Assembly: GCA_030770535.1 (NCBI GenBank)
Contig: JASVEC010000011.1
Location: 1,054,001 to 1,118,000 of the forward strand
DNA from: Batkoa obscura
Lineage: Eukaryota
Reading direction: 5' to 3'
Length of the DNA stretch: 64,000 nt
Under the pieces are notes generated by a model, which saw only the letters and a list, made by a program, of their open reading frames with translations, did no database searches and was not told the origin of the DNA. Of this stretch, positions 1 to 13,480 are shown in pieces. The first letter of the stretch is position 1. The number at the start of each line of letters is the position of its first letter. Both the position numbers and the translations under genes were made by a program.

Positions 1-688
1 TCACTTTCGAACTGTTGATTTCTTATAGCTGGAGGATTAGGAGCATCGGCATGATATAGGTTCATAGCATCATTATTCCTTGCGGTATGTGATGTTTTGG
101 AAAATGTCTCTTTTATATCATTTTCAAATATATTAAAAGCTGCCTCTATAGTTTATCCTTGCTTATAACACCTTTCTGCAATGCTAGTTACTTCCTCTAT
201 CATATCCTTTGGTGAGCTGTATTTATATATTTTCCTGATAATTTTATATTATATTTTTTTTAAATTATTTAAATTATTTTTCAAATGTATTTTAGTATAT
301 AAATTTTATTATAGTGTTTAAATTGTTTTACTTCGTATCCCTTTATACAGTTTCTTATAGTTACAATGAATTCTTTACATTTAATTGATCTTATAATTTT
401 AATCAATTGATTGATTAAATCTATTATATCAGCTATAAATTTATACATTTATTCTCTTTAGTGTCAATATATTAAGTCTTATTTATAGGATTTAATTAAC
501 TATGATATGGCCTATTCAAAGAAAAATTTTATACACCAGAATGGACTATTTTAGCTTTTTACTTCCTTCCTAGTACTCTCTTATTACTCTGTTTCTATGT
601 CCTCTTCTCTTTTATTTCTATAAATAGATTACATCGGAGCTGATTGGCTCTTTTGTGATTTAAGAAAATCAAAACTACAAAATCATAT

Positions 689-786
689 GGGGATGTATTT
701 TTGTGTTTAAGAATTTTACTAACAATCTTTCCGCTTAAATAGCGCTTAAAAAATGGAAAAAGTGATGAAGCCAAAAAAACGTCCCC
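689..786 (+). mobile_element. ~100-bp MITE, copy 1
   Basis: Termini GGGGATGT...ACGTCCCC, flanked by ATAT on both sides (685-688, 787-790); internal sequence shared with 9 other copies. Confidence 0.9.
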
Positions 787-1954
787 ATATATATAAAATC
801 AACTTTATTATAAGATTAGAACAATAGACTAACATACTAGAATTATTAATATAATAGTATATTAACGCAACATTAAAAGCATTGGCGTGACCTTTTAAAG
901 AGATTACATATTTTTTGTAAAGCTTAGAAATTAATATTGCTCAATTTAAAATGATACGAAGTTCATATTAAATCTATAAGATAATTTAATCACAATCAAA
1001 TACTTATAAATATTATAAAAAGTTCTTTGATGAAAAAACTAGGACATCTATAAATGAGATATGAACGCTTATTAGAATCTCACTTCCTATCCTTTAATTT
1101 TGCTCAATATAGTATTTACGTCAACAAAGCACTTTTAATCCGCGCAGGCCTAAAGAATTTTTAAATAATCATCAGTCAAACTCTTTCAAACTATGCAAGT
1201 TCTCAATCCATCGATAGCAATCATCCTGCTTACACACTATTTTTATAGCTCAATTTATAGCGTATGGCATAAGTATACTTTATAATATTAAATAGCAAGC
1301 ATAATCAATCGCTGATTTACTTTGATAAATCCTACCTACATTTAATCGAGCACCTTTACTTTATGCAACATCCCAAAAGCTACTGAAAACTAATTAGTAC
1401 AATGAATGTTATATGTGTATCTAATATAGATTTGTTATAAAAAACTAAAAGTAATGAATCATTAATTTTTTCCACTTACAATTTTTTTCAAAGCTTATCT
1501 AACTTGTTTTTTATTCTAGTGAATTTTATTGACTATCCCTTAAATAATTACATTCAAAATATTCGTAAAGTTTATTTTAATAACTTAGTTTAAATAATAA
1601 AATCTATCATTGAAATTTTAGCCTTCTATTAATTTATTTTTGGCAATTAAAGGATGATGAAGGTGATTATTAACCTCATTTAGTATTCCGCATATAAGCA
1701 AGAATATTAAGCAAGGGATATAAGGTGGAAAATTCAAGCTAGAAATACGTTGTGTTATTGGTTCGATATGTTTAACTCTTCTAAATTATCTAAATTTGCG
1801 TAATTAGGGATAACCTTGTAACATGAACTGTATTAGTTACAAAGTAAAGTGGAGCTAACTTTATAGTTTAATAGAAATTATAATTTTTGACTAAAAGTAT
1901 AAATAAATCAATAAAAATGAACTGATGCTTTAAATATTCAACAAAAATAATAAA

Positions 1955-3919
1955 ATGTTAGTTAAATATTTACTCCCACTATGGTTATCCCTTTTAACTT
2001 CCATTTCCAGTGATACTCAAGATGATCAAGTATTTGAGAGCCTTTTGAAAAAAAAGAATGACTACCGTACAGCAGATAAAACTTACGATTATATTGTAGT
2101 AGGTGGTGGATCTGCTGGTGGTATGGCCGCAATACAGTTAGCAAAATATGGATTTAAAACTTTATTAATTGAAGCAGGACCAGAGCCAGAGATTACATAC
2201 AATATTACTATACCAGGATTTTCACCAAGAGCTTCTGAAGACGAAAAGATATCTTATGAATATTTTGTAAAACATTATCCAGAATCTACTAATTTAAGAC
2301 AAAATGTATTTTATCCAAGGGTTGGTGCGCTTGGTGGATGCTCCATGCATCATGCTCAGATTGCTGTTTATCCACAAAGTAGAGATTTTGAAATATTATA
2401 TCAATTGACCGGTAATCCGGTGTTCAAAGAAGTTAACTTTAGAAATAAATATTTTAAACCCATGGAAAAAAATCAATATCAATTATTAGTTAGTAATCCA
2501 GGTGATCATGGTTATAATGGCTGGTATCCCACTTCATATATTGAATATTTAAGATTAATATCACTTGATCCTTCTTTATTAAAGATGATTGCGTTTTTAG
2601 GTGGGAATGGCTCCTTTGATGTTAATGGTTATGATAAGAAGAATCGTACTCAACTAATGAGTGAAAAAGAGGGGTTGTTTTTTATCCCACATGCAGTCAA
2701 TAATATGAACCAAACTAGAATGAACTATATTTTACAACTACAAATGGCTCGTGCTTTTAATAGCTTAACTATACTTACTGATACTTTAGCTACCAAGCTT
2801 TTGTTTGATGAGAATAAAAAAGCTACTGGTGTTGAAGTTAGACATGGCAGCTACCTTTACAAGGCATCACCATTATATAAGCAGAGTAATTTTGAGAATT
2901 CTGTCAAAAACACCTTTTTCGCAACTAAAGAAATAATTGTATCTGCTGGTACCTTTAACACCCCGCAATTATTAATGTTATCTGGAATCGGAGATTCAGA
3001 TGAGCTTAAGAAGTTAAATATTGATATAATTTCCGATTTAAAAGGAGTAGGTAAAAACTTACAAGACAGGAATGAGATCCCATATATGTTAAAATTAAAC
3101 AGCGATTTAAACTTATTTAAGGAATGTAACTTCAAAGCAGATTATAAAAATGATCGTTGCTTCAGAGATTATATCAATTTTAAAACTGGTCCTTACACTG
3201 TGGGTTCAGGTATCAGTGCAGAGACTTATAAATCTTTACCAGGATTAAATGCTGCTGATACTTTTATTATCAATACTCCACTCTATTTTTATGGTTATTT
3301 TAAAGGATATTCTCAAGTAGCAGCTGATAATCCACGTTATTTTACAAGATTAGTATTAAAAGCGCGTACGCAATCTCAAGGGTATGTGAAGTTGAAATCA
3401 GCAGATCCAACAGATATACCTGATGTTAACTTATTAAAATTTAATATTGGGGGTAAAGAAGATCTTACTTCTCTAGTAAATACAATTGAATATTTGCGTA
3501 ATCAAACCAAAAAGAATTTAGGGGATACTTATGAAGAAGCATTTCCAGGAAAAGAAATAAAAACTAGAGATCAAATAGCTAAATGGATTACTGAAATCAC
3601 CTGGGGTCATCATGTTTGTTGTACAGCTAAAATTGGCCTAGATAATGATAAAATGGCTGTATTGGATAATAAATTTAGAGTACGTGGTGTCACTGGGTTA
3701 AGGGTCATGGATATGTCAGCGTTGCCTGAAATCCCTGGTTTCTTCCCTAATCTTTATATTCATACGTTGGGTACTTATATCGCTGATCAAATTTATGAAG
3801 AGTCTAAAGGTAAATCTAACGAGTTTAAACAACAACCAAGTGAAGAGTTGTTAAATTCTATTAACAAGAAAATGGATAGAAACTATATTGATATATCAAA
3901 CCCGGTTATTGATACTTAA
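1955..3919 (+). CDS. Secreted GMC (glucose-methanol-choline) FAD oxidoreductase, intronless
   Basis: Hydrophobic N-terminal signal; DYIVVGGGSAG FAD-binding motif; GTFNTPQLLMLSGIG, GVGKNLQD, WGHH and FRVRGVTGLRVMD GMC motifs. Confidence 0.93.
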   Translation: MLVKYLLPLWLSLLTSISSDTQDDQVFESLLKKKNDYRTADKTYDYIVVGGGSAGGMAAIQLAKYGFKTLLIEAGPEPEITYNITIPGFSPRASEDEKISYEYFVKHYPESTNLRQNVFYPRVGALGGCSMHHAQIAVYPQSRDFEILYQLTGNPVFKEVNFRNKYFKPMEKNQYQLLVSNPGDHGYNGWYPTSYIEYLRLISLDPSLLKMIAFLGGNGSFDVNGYDKKNRTQLMSEKEGLFFIPHAVNNMNQTRMNYILQLQMARAFNSLTILTDTLATKLLFDENKKATGVEVRHGSYLYKASPLYKQSNFENSVKNTFFATKEIIVSAGTFNTPQLLMLSGIGDSDELKKLNIDIISDLKGVGKNLQDRNEIPYMLKLNSDLNLFKECNFKADYKNDRCFRDYINFKTGPYTVGSGISAETYKSLPGLNAADTFIINTPLYFYGYFKGYSQVAADNPRYFTRLVLKARTQSQGYVKLKSADPTDIPDVNLLKFNIGGKEDLTSLVNTIEYLRNQTKKNLGDTYEEAFPGKEIKTRDQIAKWITEITWGHHVCCTAKIGLDNDKMAVLDNKFRVRGVTGLRVMDMSALPEIPGFFPNLYIHTLGTYIADQIYEESKGKSNEFKQQPSEELLNSINKKMDRNYIDISNPVIDT

Positions 3920-4106
3920 TATTTTAAGGTTCAGTAAAATCAACATATTCCATTGTTTAAAACATTGAATAAACAAACAGTTATATTATTCAATATAATA
4001 TAATTATTACTGTTTTAAGAACAAATTATTATAAAAGCTTATTAGACTCATCAATGATGTGCCCCTTTTTCTAATAAACAGATATTATTATTTCATACAT
4101 TTTAGG

Positions 4107-4169
4107 CTTACCTTCAAATACTTACCTTCAACTACTTACCTTTAAATACTTACCTTTTAAATTTACCTC
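4107..4169. repeat. 14-bp minisatellite (CTTACCTTYAAATA) x ~4.5
   Basis: Units start at 4107, 4121, 4135, 4149, with a partial unit at 4163. Confidence 0.85.
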
Positions 4170-4709
4170 GATATAGCTTTCACGGGGAAATCCTCTAAAA
4201 ATCTCTATAAATATAACAATAAAATTAATAAGTATATTTATATTAAAACTAAAAAGGGTCTAGACCTCCAGGTGGTTTATTATCAAAATTCTTTTTACTT
4301 CAGTTTTTTTAAATTCTTTTTCTTGCTATAATTGTGATATAATAAAAATTATGTATTAAACTAATAAAAATAGAGATTAATTTGTTTTTTACTATTAACT
4401 TTAAGTCTCATATTTAATGTTATTTAATTAAATGGAGAGGTGCGTCTATAAAAATAAAGGATAAATTATTATATGATAAAAATGCATCAACATTGTTATT
4501 GAAAATTAGTAAAAAAAATTAGCATTGATATTCAATAAATACCCAGACGCCAAAATAATATATTATAAAAACTTTAATTTACTCTTTAAGATTTTAATAA
4601 AATAATACCATTAATACAATTAAATTATATATATACAGCTTTTTTTGGAAGAATTACAAAAGATCCAATTACTAGCGTTTTTTATTTATTCTATATTTGA
4701 CCATCATAT

Positions 4710-4804
4710 GAGGATGTTTTTTTGGCTTCATCACTTTTTCCATTTTTTAAGCGCTATTTGAGCAGAAAGATTAGTAAAATTCTTAAACAAAAAAATACAT
4801 CCTG
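4710..4804 (-). mobile_element. MITE copy 2
   Basis: GAGGATGT...ACATCCTG with ATAT/ATAT flanks; reverse complement of copy 1. Confidence 0.88.
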
Positions 4805-5579
4805 ATATAGTTTCTTATTACAGTGAACTTTTTACATTTATTACTTAGTATTAAAATTCTAATCAGCCAATTATTTATAATATATTACTTATTAACTTAA
4901 CACACAATTTATTTAATATCAATGTCTTAAGCTTTATTGATATCACTTTATGTATTGTATGATGGGATTTATTTGAAATCTAATTAATCTTTATATTTTT
5001 CAATAGAAATATCTTCTAACTTGACCATTTGTAATCTCATTTCAATTTTAATGAACTTAACTAGCAGAAATTATGTCAAGTTCATATTAAACTAAAAATC
5101 AATTTTTTTCAATGAGTTAGATTCATGATATAAAGCAAGATAATAAGCTGATTTATTCAATAAGCATAATTGTATCTAATTTCTTATTATTGTATCGATA
5201 ATAAGCTATGAGTGTTTATATACTAATCATATGTTATTTTGTTAAAACTATTAATTACTTTGCATTTTATGTTTTAAGAAAATTGAATGTTTACATTTTA
5301 AACATTTAGAACAGAATCTTATAATAAAGTGCTTATTTTTTATTATAAATTTGTCATTATTAATGTTAATGTTTATTTTAATTTTATTGTTATTAAGATT
5401 ATATTAAAAATTGTTAAAATTGTTACTTCATTGATATTTAACAATCAAATCAAAATATAAATGAAAACATAATAATTTATCAAAAATATTATTTTATCTT
5501 TTTATCTCATAAGGTCCTAAAGATCAATCTCGTCTCATTACCAGAAATCTCAAAGCCCTTCATCACTGCATAGCCCCCT

Positions 5580-7034
5580 TTAATCTTTATACCTATTTAA
5601 AAACTCATCCTTAAAGCTTGATCCTTTAGCTAGCAAAATAAAACTTGGTGTTCCGTTCACAACTAAATAATTACTGGACGCCAACACCTTATTAAGTGTC
5701 AATCCCTTACCCACCTTAAACAACTTAGGTTTTGTTGCATTTGATGGGAAACTTTCAAAATAAACTTCAATATTTTCAATAGTATATTTAGGATTATTCT
5801 GATCATCCCAAGGTGCTGGTTGCTCAAACATAACTTCAAGGTGGTCTTTGAAGGTGTTGTTTTCATAATATTTTTCAATGAAATCACTTTCTTTGTATTC
5901 GGGATAAAGGAAAAACACTGGCCATATTAATTGTTGGGATTCGCGGTCATAAGTCACGGAATTGTCTGCTTTTAGATCAGGTTGGTAGAGTTTATCATTG
6001 GAATCAACAAAGCGGATGTTGGAGGCCTGAGAAGAGGGGTTAGTGTGTTGCTTTAAGTAATAAATAATGAAGGTTACTTTTAAAGCGTCTTGTAATTCCT
6101 TAATTCTTAAAGCTTCAGCTTCTTCTTTTTCTTTTTTGATTCTTTCTTTTTCATCCAATTTATTTTTCAATGTCATTATTTGTTCAAGTAACTTCTTTAA
6201 TGGGGCATTTTCTGGATCAATCTAAAAATATTAATTAATAAGCATATAAAACTTAAATAGCTTATTTTTTTTTTCTTACATTAAGTCCAAACTCACAACA
6301 ATCTTTAGCTTCATTAACTCTTTCTAAATAATATAATGCTTTTGCTGACCTATAACAAGCTTTAATATTTTTATTATCAATACCTAAGGCTTTCGAACAA
6401 TCAGTTAGTACCATACGGTAATTACCTATAAATAAAATTATCAATCATTATTTAATTTTCTCGTTTTCATTTTTATTGTTATTATTGATATTATCGTTAA
6501 TTTTTAAAAAAAAACTTACCCAACTCTAAGTTGACAGCTGCTCTATTGATATAACAAATCACATTTAATTGATCATCTTTACTATATTGGTCCAAAGCTT
6601 GAGTGAAATATTGGATAGCATCTTTATATGAGGCCTTTCCTTGGGCGAAGCACTCGTTTCCTAACTCTTTGAAGTTTTTGGCATTTTCTAAATAAAATAA
6701 TTACTCATTCAATCTTCATTTCATCAATTCATTTTTCAACAAAAAAATAAATTAAAAATAAAAATAAAAATAAAATCGAATTATTAATCTTATTTTTGGT
6801 TATCAACTTACCTTCTGGTGTGCCATCAAATTTCAATGTTTGTAAAGCAGCTAAAGCTACGTTCTCTTCTGCATCCTCAGGTAAATTTTTCATAAATAAA
6901 GGTACTGAATTCATTTCTTTATCTAAATTTTCACTACTAAACGCCCAACTGGGACGATTTGGTTTAGGTCCATTACCACTTTCAATGGAGTTGACTATGT
7001 TTTCTAATTCAAGGATTTTGTCCATGTTTTCCAT
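5580..7034 (-). CDS. CNS1: Hsp70/Hsp90 TPR co-chaperone Cns1/TTC4, multi-exon
   Basis: VPLFM...ALQTLKFDGTPE N-terminus, TPR segment (NRAAVNLELGNYR..LTDCSKAL), C-terminal wheel domain (LIWPVFFLYPEYKESDFI); GT-AG introns join the track ORFs. Confidence 0.9.
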
Positions 7035-7364
7035 TTTGTTGTTACTTTGATAAAAAGGTAAAGTTTAGAGTTCTAAGTTTATCCTTTTATTTTGCTAGTT
7101 TTTTTGCATAAAATTCAAGGCTTTGACAATAGAAGTTGTTTTATATAAAGGTAGTAAAATGTATAAGTGTTATTGTGTACTATAAAAATAAAGATAATTG
7201 GTATTGTAAATACAGTTTATTAGTTTTGATCATTTTAAAAATTACTCCAAATGAAAAAAAAACTATTAAATTTATTAAAAAAAAACTCCATTTAATAAAC
7301 TAATTCATTTTATCTACAAAAGACTATTTCCTTCCTTTCCTTTTCTTCCTTTCGATTCCTTTCC

Positions 7365-7763
7365 TTAGCTCATCAGCCACCCAAAAAATATAAGCGTTGC
7401 TACTGCCAATCCAATGAACAAATACCAATCCTGCCTTGTTCTCCTTTCAATAAAATTAATCAAAGTAGTGGAAAGTCCCAACGTATTAGCTGTATTTAAA
7501 GCTCTAGTCCTGGCTGATTTTAACATTTTTCGTTGTTCTTTTAAATCCAATAAACTGCTTTGTCCTTGTAAAATAAAATCATCAAGTGAATTTTCACTGT
7601 TTTGAAGAAAATGGTCTTCATCGATTTGGATATTGATGCTGTCATTGGGAACGTGATTGGAGAATAGTTCATTTCGGTTGCTGATGTGTTCGACATTAAG
7701 GTCCATTGTCCGTTGTCGACGTTGGTTTGTTTTTGGTTTATGTCGGTTACTAATGGGTTCCAT
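7365..7763 (-). CDS. Bos1/membrin (GOSR2)-like Qb-SNARE, N-terminally short
   Basis: SNARE motif LDDFILQG...LKEQRKMLK...ANTLGLSTTLINFIERR followed by a C-terminal TM anchor; only 132 aa. Confidence 0.8.
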   Translation of the reverse strand: MEPISNRHKPKTNQRRQRTMDLNVEHISNRNELFSNHVPNDSINIQIDEDHFLQNSENSLDDFILQGQSSLLDLKEQRKMLKSARTRALNTANTLGLSTTLINFIERRTRQDWYLFIGLAVATLIFFGWLMS

Positions 7764-7952
7764 TTTTACTTTTTATTTTATAAAGAGATAAAAAATAAGA
7801 AAGTTTTCAATTTTTAGTTGAGTTTTATATTTGCGTCAACAATACGTTTTCAATTTTAATTTATCAAAACTAACTTCCAGCATGGAAAAAATTTAAAAAT
7901 AAAATATACATAGCATCAAAAAAAAAACTCATATATTACATTAAATAAATAT

Positions 7953-10900
7953 TTATTTCAATTCTCTTAAATAAGCTAATAATCTTTTTTTATGAATAAC
8001 CCCAATAAATTTACCTAATTTTAAAATACAAATATATCTTACACCTAGCTTAATAAACATTTCTAACAATATATCAACAGAAGAGTTATGAGCTATTGTT
8101 ATTGGGGCTTGATCAACAAATTGAAATACTAATTCATCAATTTCATTTAAAGGTATAGAATTAGTATTAAAATTAATTATTAGACTATTATTAGGATATT
8201 TTTCTAAGTATAATATTAATATATTGTTATTTAAACATTATTATGTATTATTATTATTGTTATTACCTAAAACATGTTGTAAATCATTAAAATTTATATA
8301 ACCAATAAGAACGTCATCATCTACTATTGGAAACCCACCATCTGAGTAATTATAGTTTTCTATAATGAAAGAATATTAGTTAATATATATTTTATAACTT
8401 AATATTATATTTAATATTTAATATTTACGTATATCAATCAGCTTTAACTTTAAACTTTGTATAGTATTAACTTGATTACAATTGATAATAGGTAAGTTAC
8501 TATCCATTATATCTTTTAATTCATTTAAGTTTTGATAATGATTTCCTTTATGTAAATATGGATATTCATTTAATTCGATTAAATTATCATAAATACTATT
8601 ATGTACTAAAGCATCTCCGGTCCATTTACTTATCATTACAGCTAACATAATTGGCTAATATTAAATAATATTAAATAAGTAATTTTTATAAAATAAATAA
8701 TTTACTTACCAAACCATAAGATAATGAATTAGTTAATTCAAACATAATTACTACTAATGAAACTAGATAATAAATAGATAAATATTATATAAACTTATCA
8801 TAATAATATCCCAAAAAGCTTACCTGTCATTCTAGTAACCCCAGCTAATGCAGAAGCTGCCCCAACCATAGCATAAACACCTGGAGTAAAACAATTAGTA
8901 CCTATTTCACCACATACAGAAAATAAATAAAAGGTCGGATATATTCTATAATAAGAATTATTATTATTACTATTATTATTATTATATAAATTTACTGTTG
9001 AAATTGTTGTAACATTAAACCAATGATTCTACCAAAACAAGCACCAATGGCCATAGAAGGTATAAATACTCCAGCTGGTACCTAAAATTACGATAAAAAA
9101 GATCATGTTAAAATCATATACAATAGCAATAAATAAACTCACTTTCATCCCAAATGTAATTACCGTTAATAAAAACTTTTCAATTATAGCCAAACCTAAT
9201 AATTGAATTACCTGGTCATAATTGGATAATTGAGAACTAAAATAAAAAATTTATTAAATTAGCACACTTATTTATATTTTAATAAAAAACTTACAGACAT
9301 AGTCCATTATTCCCATCATTATTTGCTTTACATTCGGAAAACAAATCAGCCACTAGTTCTGTAGTAGATAGTCTAAAATTAGAACGCATTAAACTTAACC
9401 CTATAAAAAATCCAATACATCTTACCTAGTAAAAGGATTTATATAATTTAATACAGTAGTAATACAAACCACCGTTAAAACTTCATAAACCGGTGATTTG
9501 CCCCAATTAGAAGTTCTTCTTTTTTTATTCCATAAAATATTCAACTTACAAAATAAAGCTCCGTAAATGCCCTGAAGTTTTATAAAACATTATCAATAAA
9601 TAAACTTAAATTTACAAGAAACTTTTTTTTATCTCAACTTACCCCAAACACTCCTAATAATAAAAATGGCAACAATTCAAACGTCCACCAAGTGTTTTCA
9701 AACGTTACTTGAAACAATACAATTTTTCCTGTACCAAATGGATTAATTATCTATACAAATCAGATTAATTATCTATACAAATCAGATTATCAATAAGTCT
9801 CTCTATACACCTTTTCCCCACCCTTACTTACTTTCAACGTCATTGCTGCCACCATAGCACAAAGGAAACTCCTATAAAGTGTATGTATTGGAAAATAATA
9901 AGACACTTCTTCTAAGGAAAATAGGACCCCACCGATTGGGGCACCAAATGCTACCGCTACACCAGCAGCTGATGAAGCGGATAATATTTCCCTTTGCTTT
10001 GCTTCATTTAAATTATATTTTTCAAAAAAACGAGTGACAATGTTTCCTATACAACAAGAGATATGGACCAATGGACCTTCTTTACCGAGAGAGAGGCCGG
10101 AGCTTACAGAGAGAATCTAGAAGGGGGGGAGTTAATTTGATTAATTAATGATGGGATAGAGTGTGATAGATAATAAACGATAAAAACTTACTAAGCCTAT
10201 TGTTTTCACTGTCAATGTTTTAATCCCTAGAAAACCCCTAATAACAAAGCCACTTAAAATCGTTTTAACTTCTGGAATCCCTGACCCAGCAGCATAATAA
10301 CAAATTTTATCTTCTCCATCCTTTATTTTTTTCTTATAACCATTGTAGAAAACTAGACTTCCAGCACCAATAGCTAGAGTGACTGCAATAATGGAATACA
10401 CTAGGAAATCAAAGATTGGACCGAATGAGTTAACATCCCAATGAAAAAACTTGGACCACGTTTGAAATTCATAACAATTGAGATCTCCCTGTTTACCCTT
10501 GCCACCGCAACATTTGGCTTGATTTAAAAATAAATTGTTGATACATATACCTTCCTTCAATGAAGATAAACTTTCACTTAATAATACAATAATAGCAGCC
10601 ACAATACCACTGAGGATACCAATAATAGTAACTATCAATATGCCTTGAATTGAATCGTAAAGCTTTAGTAGAGCGCCACGAAGTCCAGGTGTTTTATTGA
10701 TAGCTCTTTGTCGCGTTTGGGATTTTATTAGATCGTGGATCCAATCTAAAGAGAATCAAAATAGTTAAATAATAAGTCAGCTAATTATTCATTACTTTGG
10801 TTATCTATCAGCTCGTTTGTTTTATTTATTTAAGTGTAAAAGTTTGATCAAATAAAAATAAAATTATTTATTACCTATACTACTATAATCCAAATACCAT

Positions 10901-11168
10901 TCTCTTAAACCATTATTTTCCGAAAGTAAAGTAGAAGTGGAGATAGAACGATCATAATCTGTAGATTTTCGGCGCAATAATGGACGACTTATGGGGGCTT
11001 GAAGACTGTAAAATAAAGAGTTAGTCGTTCGATTTTAACAATTTGATGGGATTCTAGGGAGAATCAATGGATTTTATATTACCTTTGATAACTAATTGAA
11101 TTGGCAGTTGAAGTGGAAGTCGAAGTGGGTTTTGATAATAGGTTAGTAGATTCTGTTTCTTCTAGCAT
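7953..11168 (-). CDS. CLC-family chloride/proton exchanger (Gef1/ClC-3-5-like) with C-terminal CBS region, many exons
   Basis: [29 protein letters not shown] and VVIMFELT motifs spread over GT-AG-separated exons. Confidence 0.93.
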
Positions 11169-11543
11169 TTAAAATTAGTGTTGTTATGTTAAACAAGTCA
11201 AGGATTGAAAAGTTTTCTATTCTTTCATTTTGTTTATGACTTAATTTTTTGGATATTTTTCAACTGTTTTTGTACAACGTTTTTTAGTGATGAATTGGAA
11301 TTTTTAGTAAATTAGTTAACACTAATAATAAATACTAAATTCTTTAGCAAGTATGATTATTTGATGTAAAATTAAAATAGGGATTCTTACTATATAAGGG
11401 ATATTTAGTCTAATAAATTCCAATATTGGAGCTTAAACTCAAAAATTCAATTTTTAAAAGTTGGCTTAAATTCCGTTTCAAATTTTTTATTTTATTTTAT
11501 TATAAAAGTTCTTTTGATTGTATTAAATAATATCAGTAATAGA

Positions 11544-13436
11544 ATGTATCAATGGCTACAGAATAATAGTAATTTAAATATCAATTTAAGTTTATCATCC
11601 AAAAAAAACAATGTAGAAAAAGATCGTGGTTATACATTAACTAATTTTAAGTAAGATTTTTAGAATAACATTACTATTCCCGCTATATTGGCTTAAAATT
11701 TTATTTTCAATAGGAAGCTATGTGATGATTTATTATGTCTAAATCCGGCCCGAGATAGTGAAACTTTGATTGAAGCGTTACGACTAATAACCGAAATGTT
11801 GATATGGAATGATCAAGAATTACTTGGTCATCAAACGGAGTTAACCCTGAATGATTCTTCTTTACCCAATTTTTTTGAATATTTTTTAGAACACAATTTA
11901 CATATTTACATGTGTTGGACACTTGGATTAGGGGATTTAAAGCCACATTCTGAAAACCCATTTTCTTGTTATACTTTTTCAACTACATTTCAAAGTGATA
12001 GAGAAAGGGATAGTCTTGCTACTCAAGCTTTAATTCACTTAAAAAGACAAGTGTTACAAAGTTTAAATATATTATTTGAAAGTATTAAAAATCAACAAAT
12101 GATTTATTATTTATTATCCAATAATTTTATCAATAGATTAGTTTGTAAACCTAATTTTAATAATGAAGAAATGGAAGAGTTATTGCCTTATTTTATTGCT
12201 TTATTAAAAGCATTGAGTTTTAAATTAAAATTAGAACAGGATAAAATGTTACCATTTTTTTATAACTCAGGACAAAAGGACCTTCCTATTTATAAAGAAG
12301 CTATTAAATACTTTGATCATTCAGATGCTATGGTAAGAGTGGCTATTAGAACTATTACATTAAACATAGCAAGTAGTAAGTTTTTATTGTTTTATTTTTA
12401 TTTATTGATTAGTTATTAATTATTAATTATTAATAGTAAAAAATCAAGAGATTACAAGTGCTATGTTACATCCTGATTTATCTGATTATTTTAATAAAGT
12501 AATAGATAAATTATTAATATTAAGTATTAAAATGGATCAATGTTTGGGCAATAATAATAATAATAAAGAAATGAGGTAATAATAAGTTATTTAATTAATT
12601 AATAATAAATTAATTTTATAGAATACGAAATAAAATCGATAAAAATCAATATTTAACGTATTTAAATGATTATTTAGAAGGAATTGATTATATTAGTGAT
12701 CTCATTCGATTGGGGGGCTATGAATTGAAAGATTATTTACGAAAATTAATAATTGAAACATTCTATTTTAATTTAATGTTGGAAAAAAAAATAAGAAAGA
12801 GTTTAAAATTATATTTATTAATTCAATTATTTTATATAATTCAAGATAAATTAATATTAAATTTATTATTATATTTATCATTTGATTTAAATATTGAGAA
12901 TTATAAAGAAGAGGAGGAAGAGAAGAAGAAGGACAAAATAATTGAAAAACATGCTTCATCACCAGAATCTATGAATACTATTACACCTAAATTATTTAAA
13001 AAGAATTGTAATCAATATAATAATCAAAATTCTCATCTTTGTGATGATTTCCACCTACCAGAAGAGCATGATTTATATTTTCAATATATAACTAATCAAA
13101 AGAAAACAGATATTTTTGATTGCGAATATTTAATTGAAGAAATTATAGACCAAACAATTTATCAAAGTATATTAAATGAATTAAATTTACTTCCACCAAA
13201 ACCAATTCGGAGAAATAGTTCAACTAGTTTATTTCAATGGGATAATTATTCACCTCAAGAAAATTCACTAAATAATAATATCAGTTTCAATAATCGAAAT
13301 TTTATTAATAATATTAACAATAATTCCTTTTTAAAAGAAATTCAATTTCAAGAGTTAAAAGTTAAACAACAAGAAAGTAATATTTTATTATATTTGATTT
13401 TTTGTTTAGTTATTTATAATAAAAAAGAAGGTAATA

Positions 13437-13480
<44 letters not shown>

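Noticed and set aside
1..240. Minus-strand frame with one stop (…RNNDAMNLYHADAPNPP…) faintly like a retrotransposon gag relic
   Set aside because: Too short, cut by the window edge and lacking a diagnostic motif.
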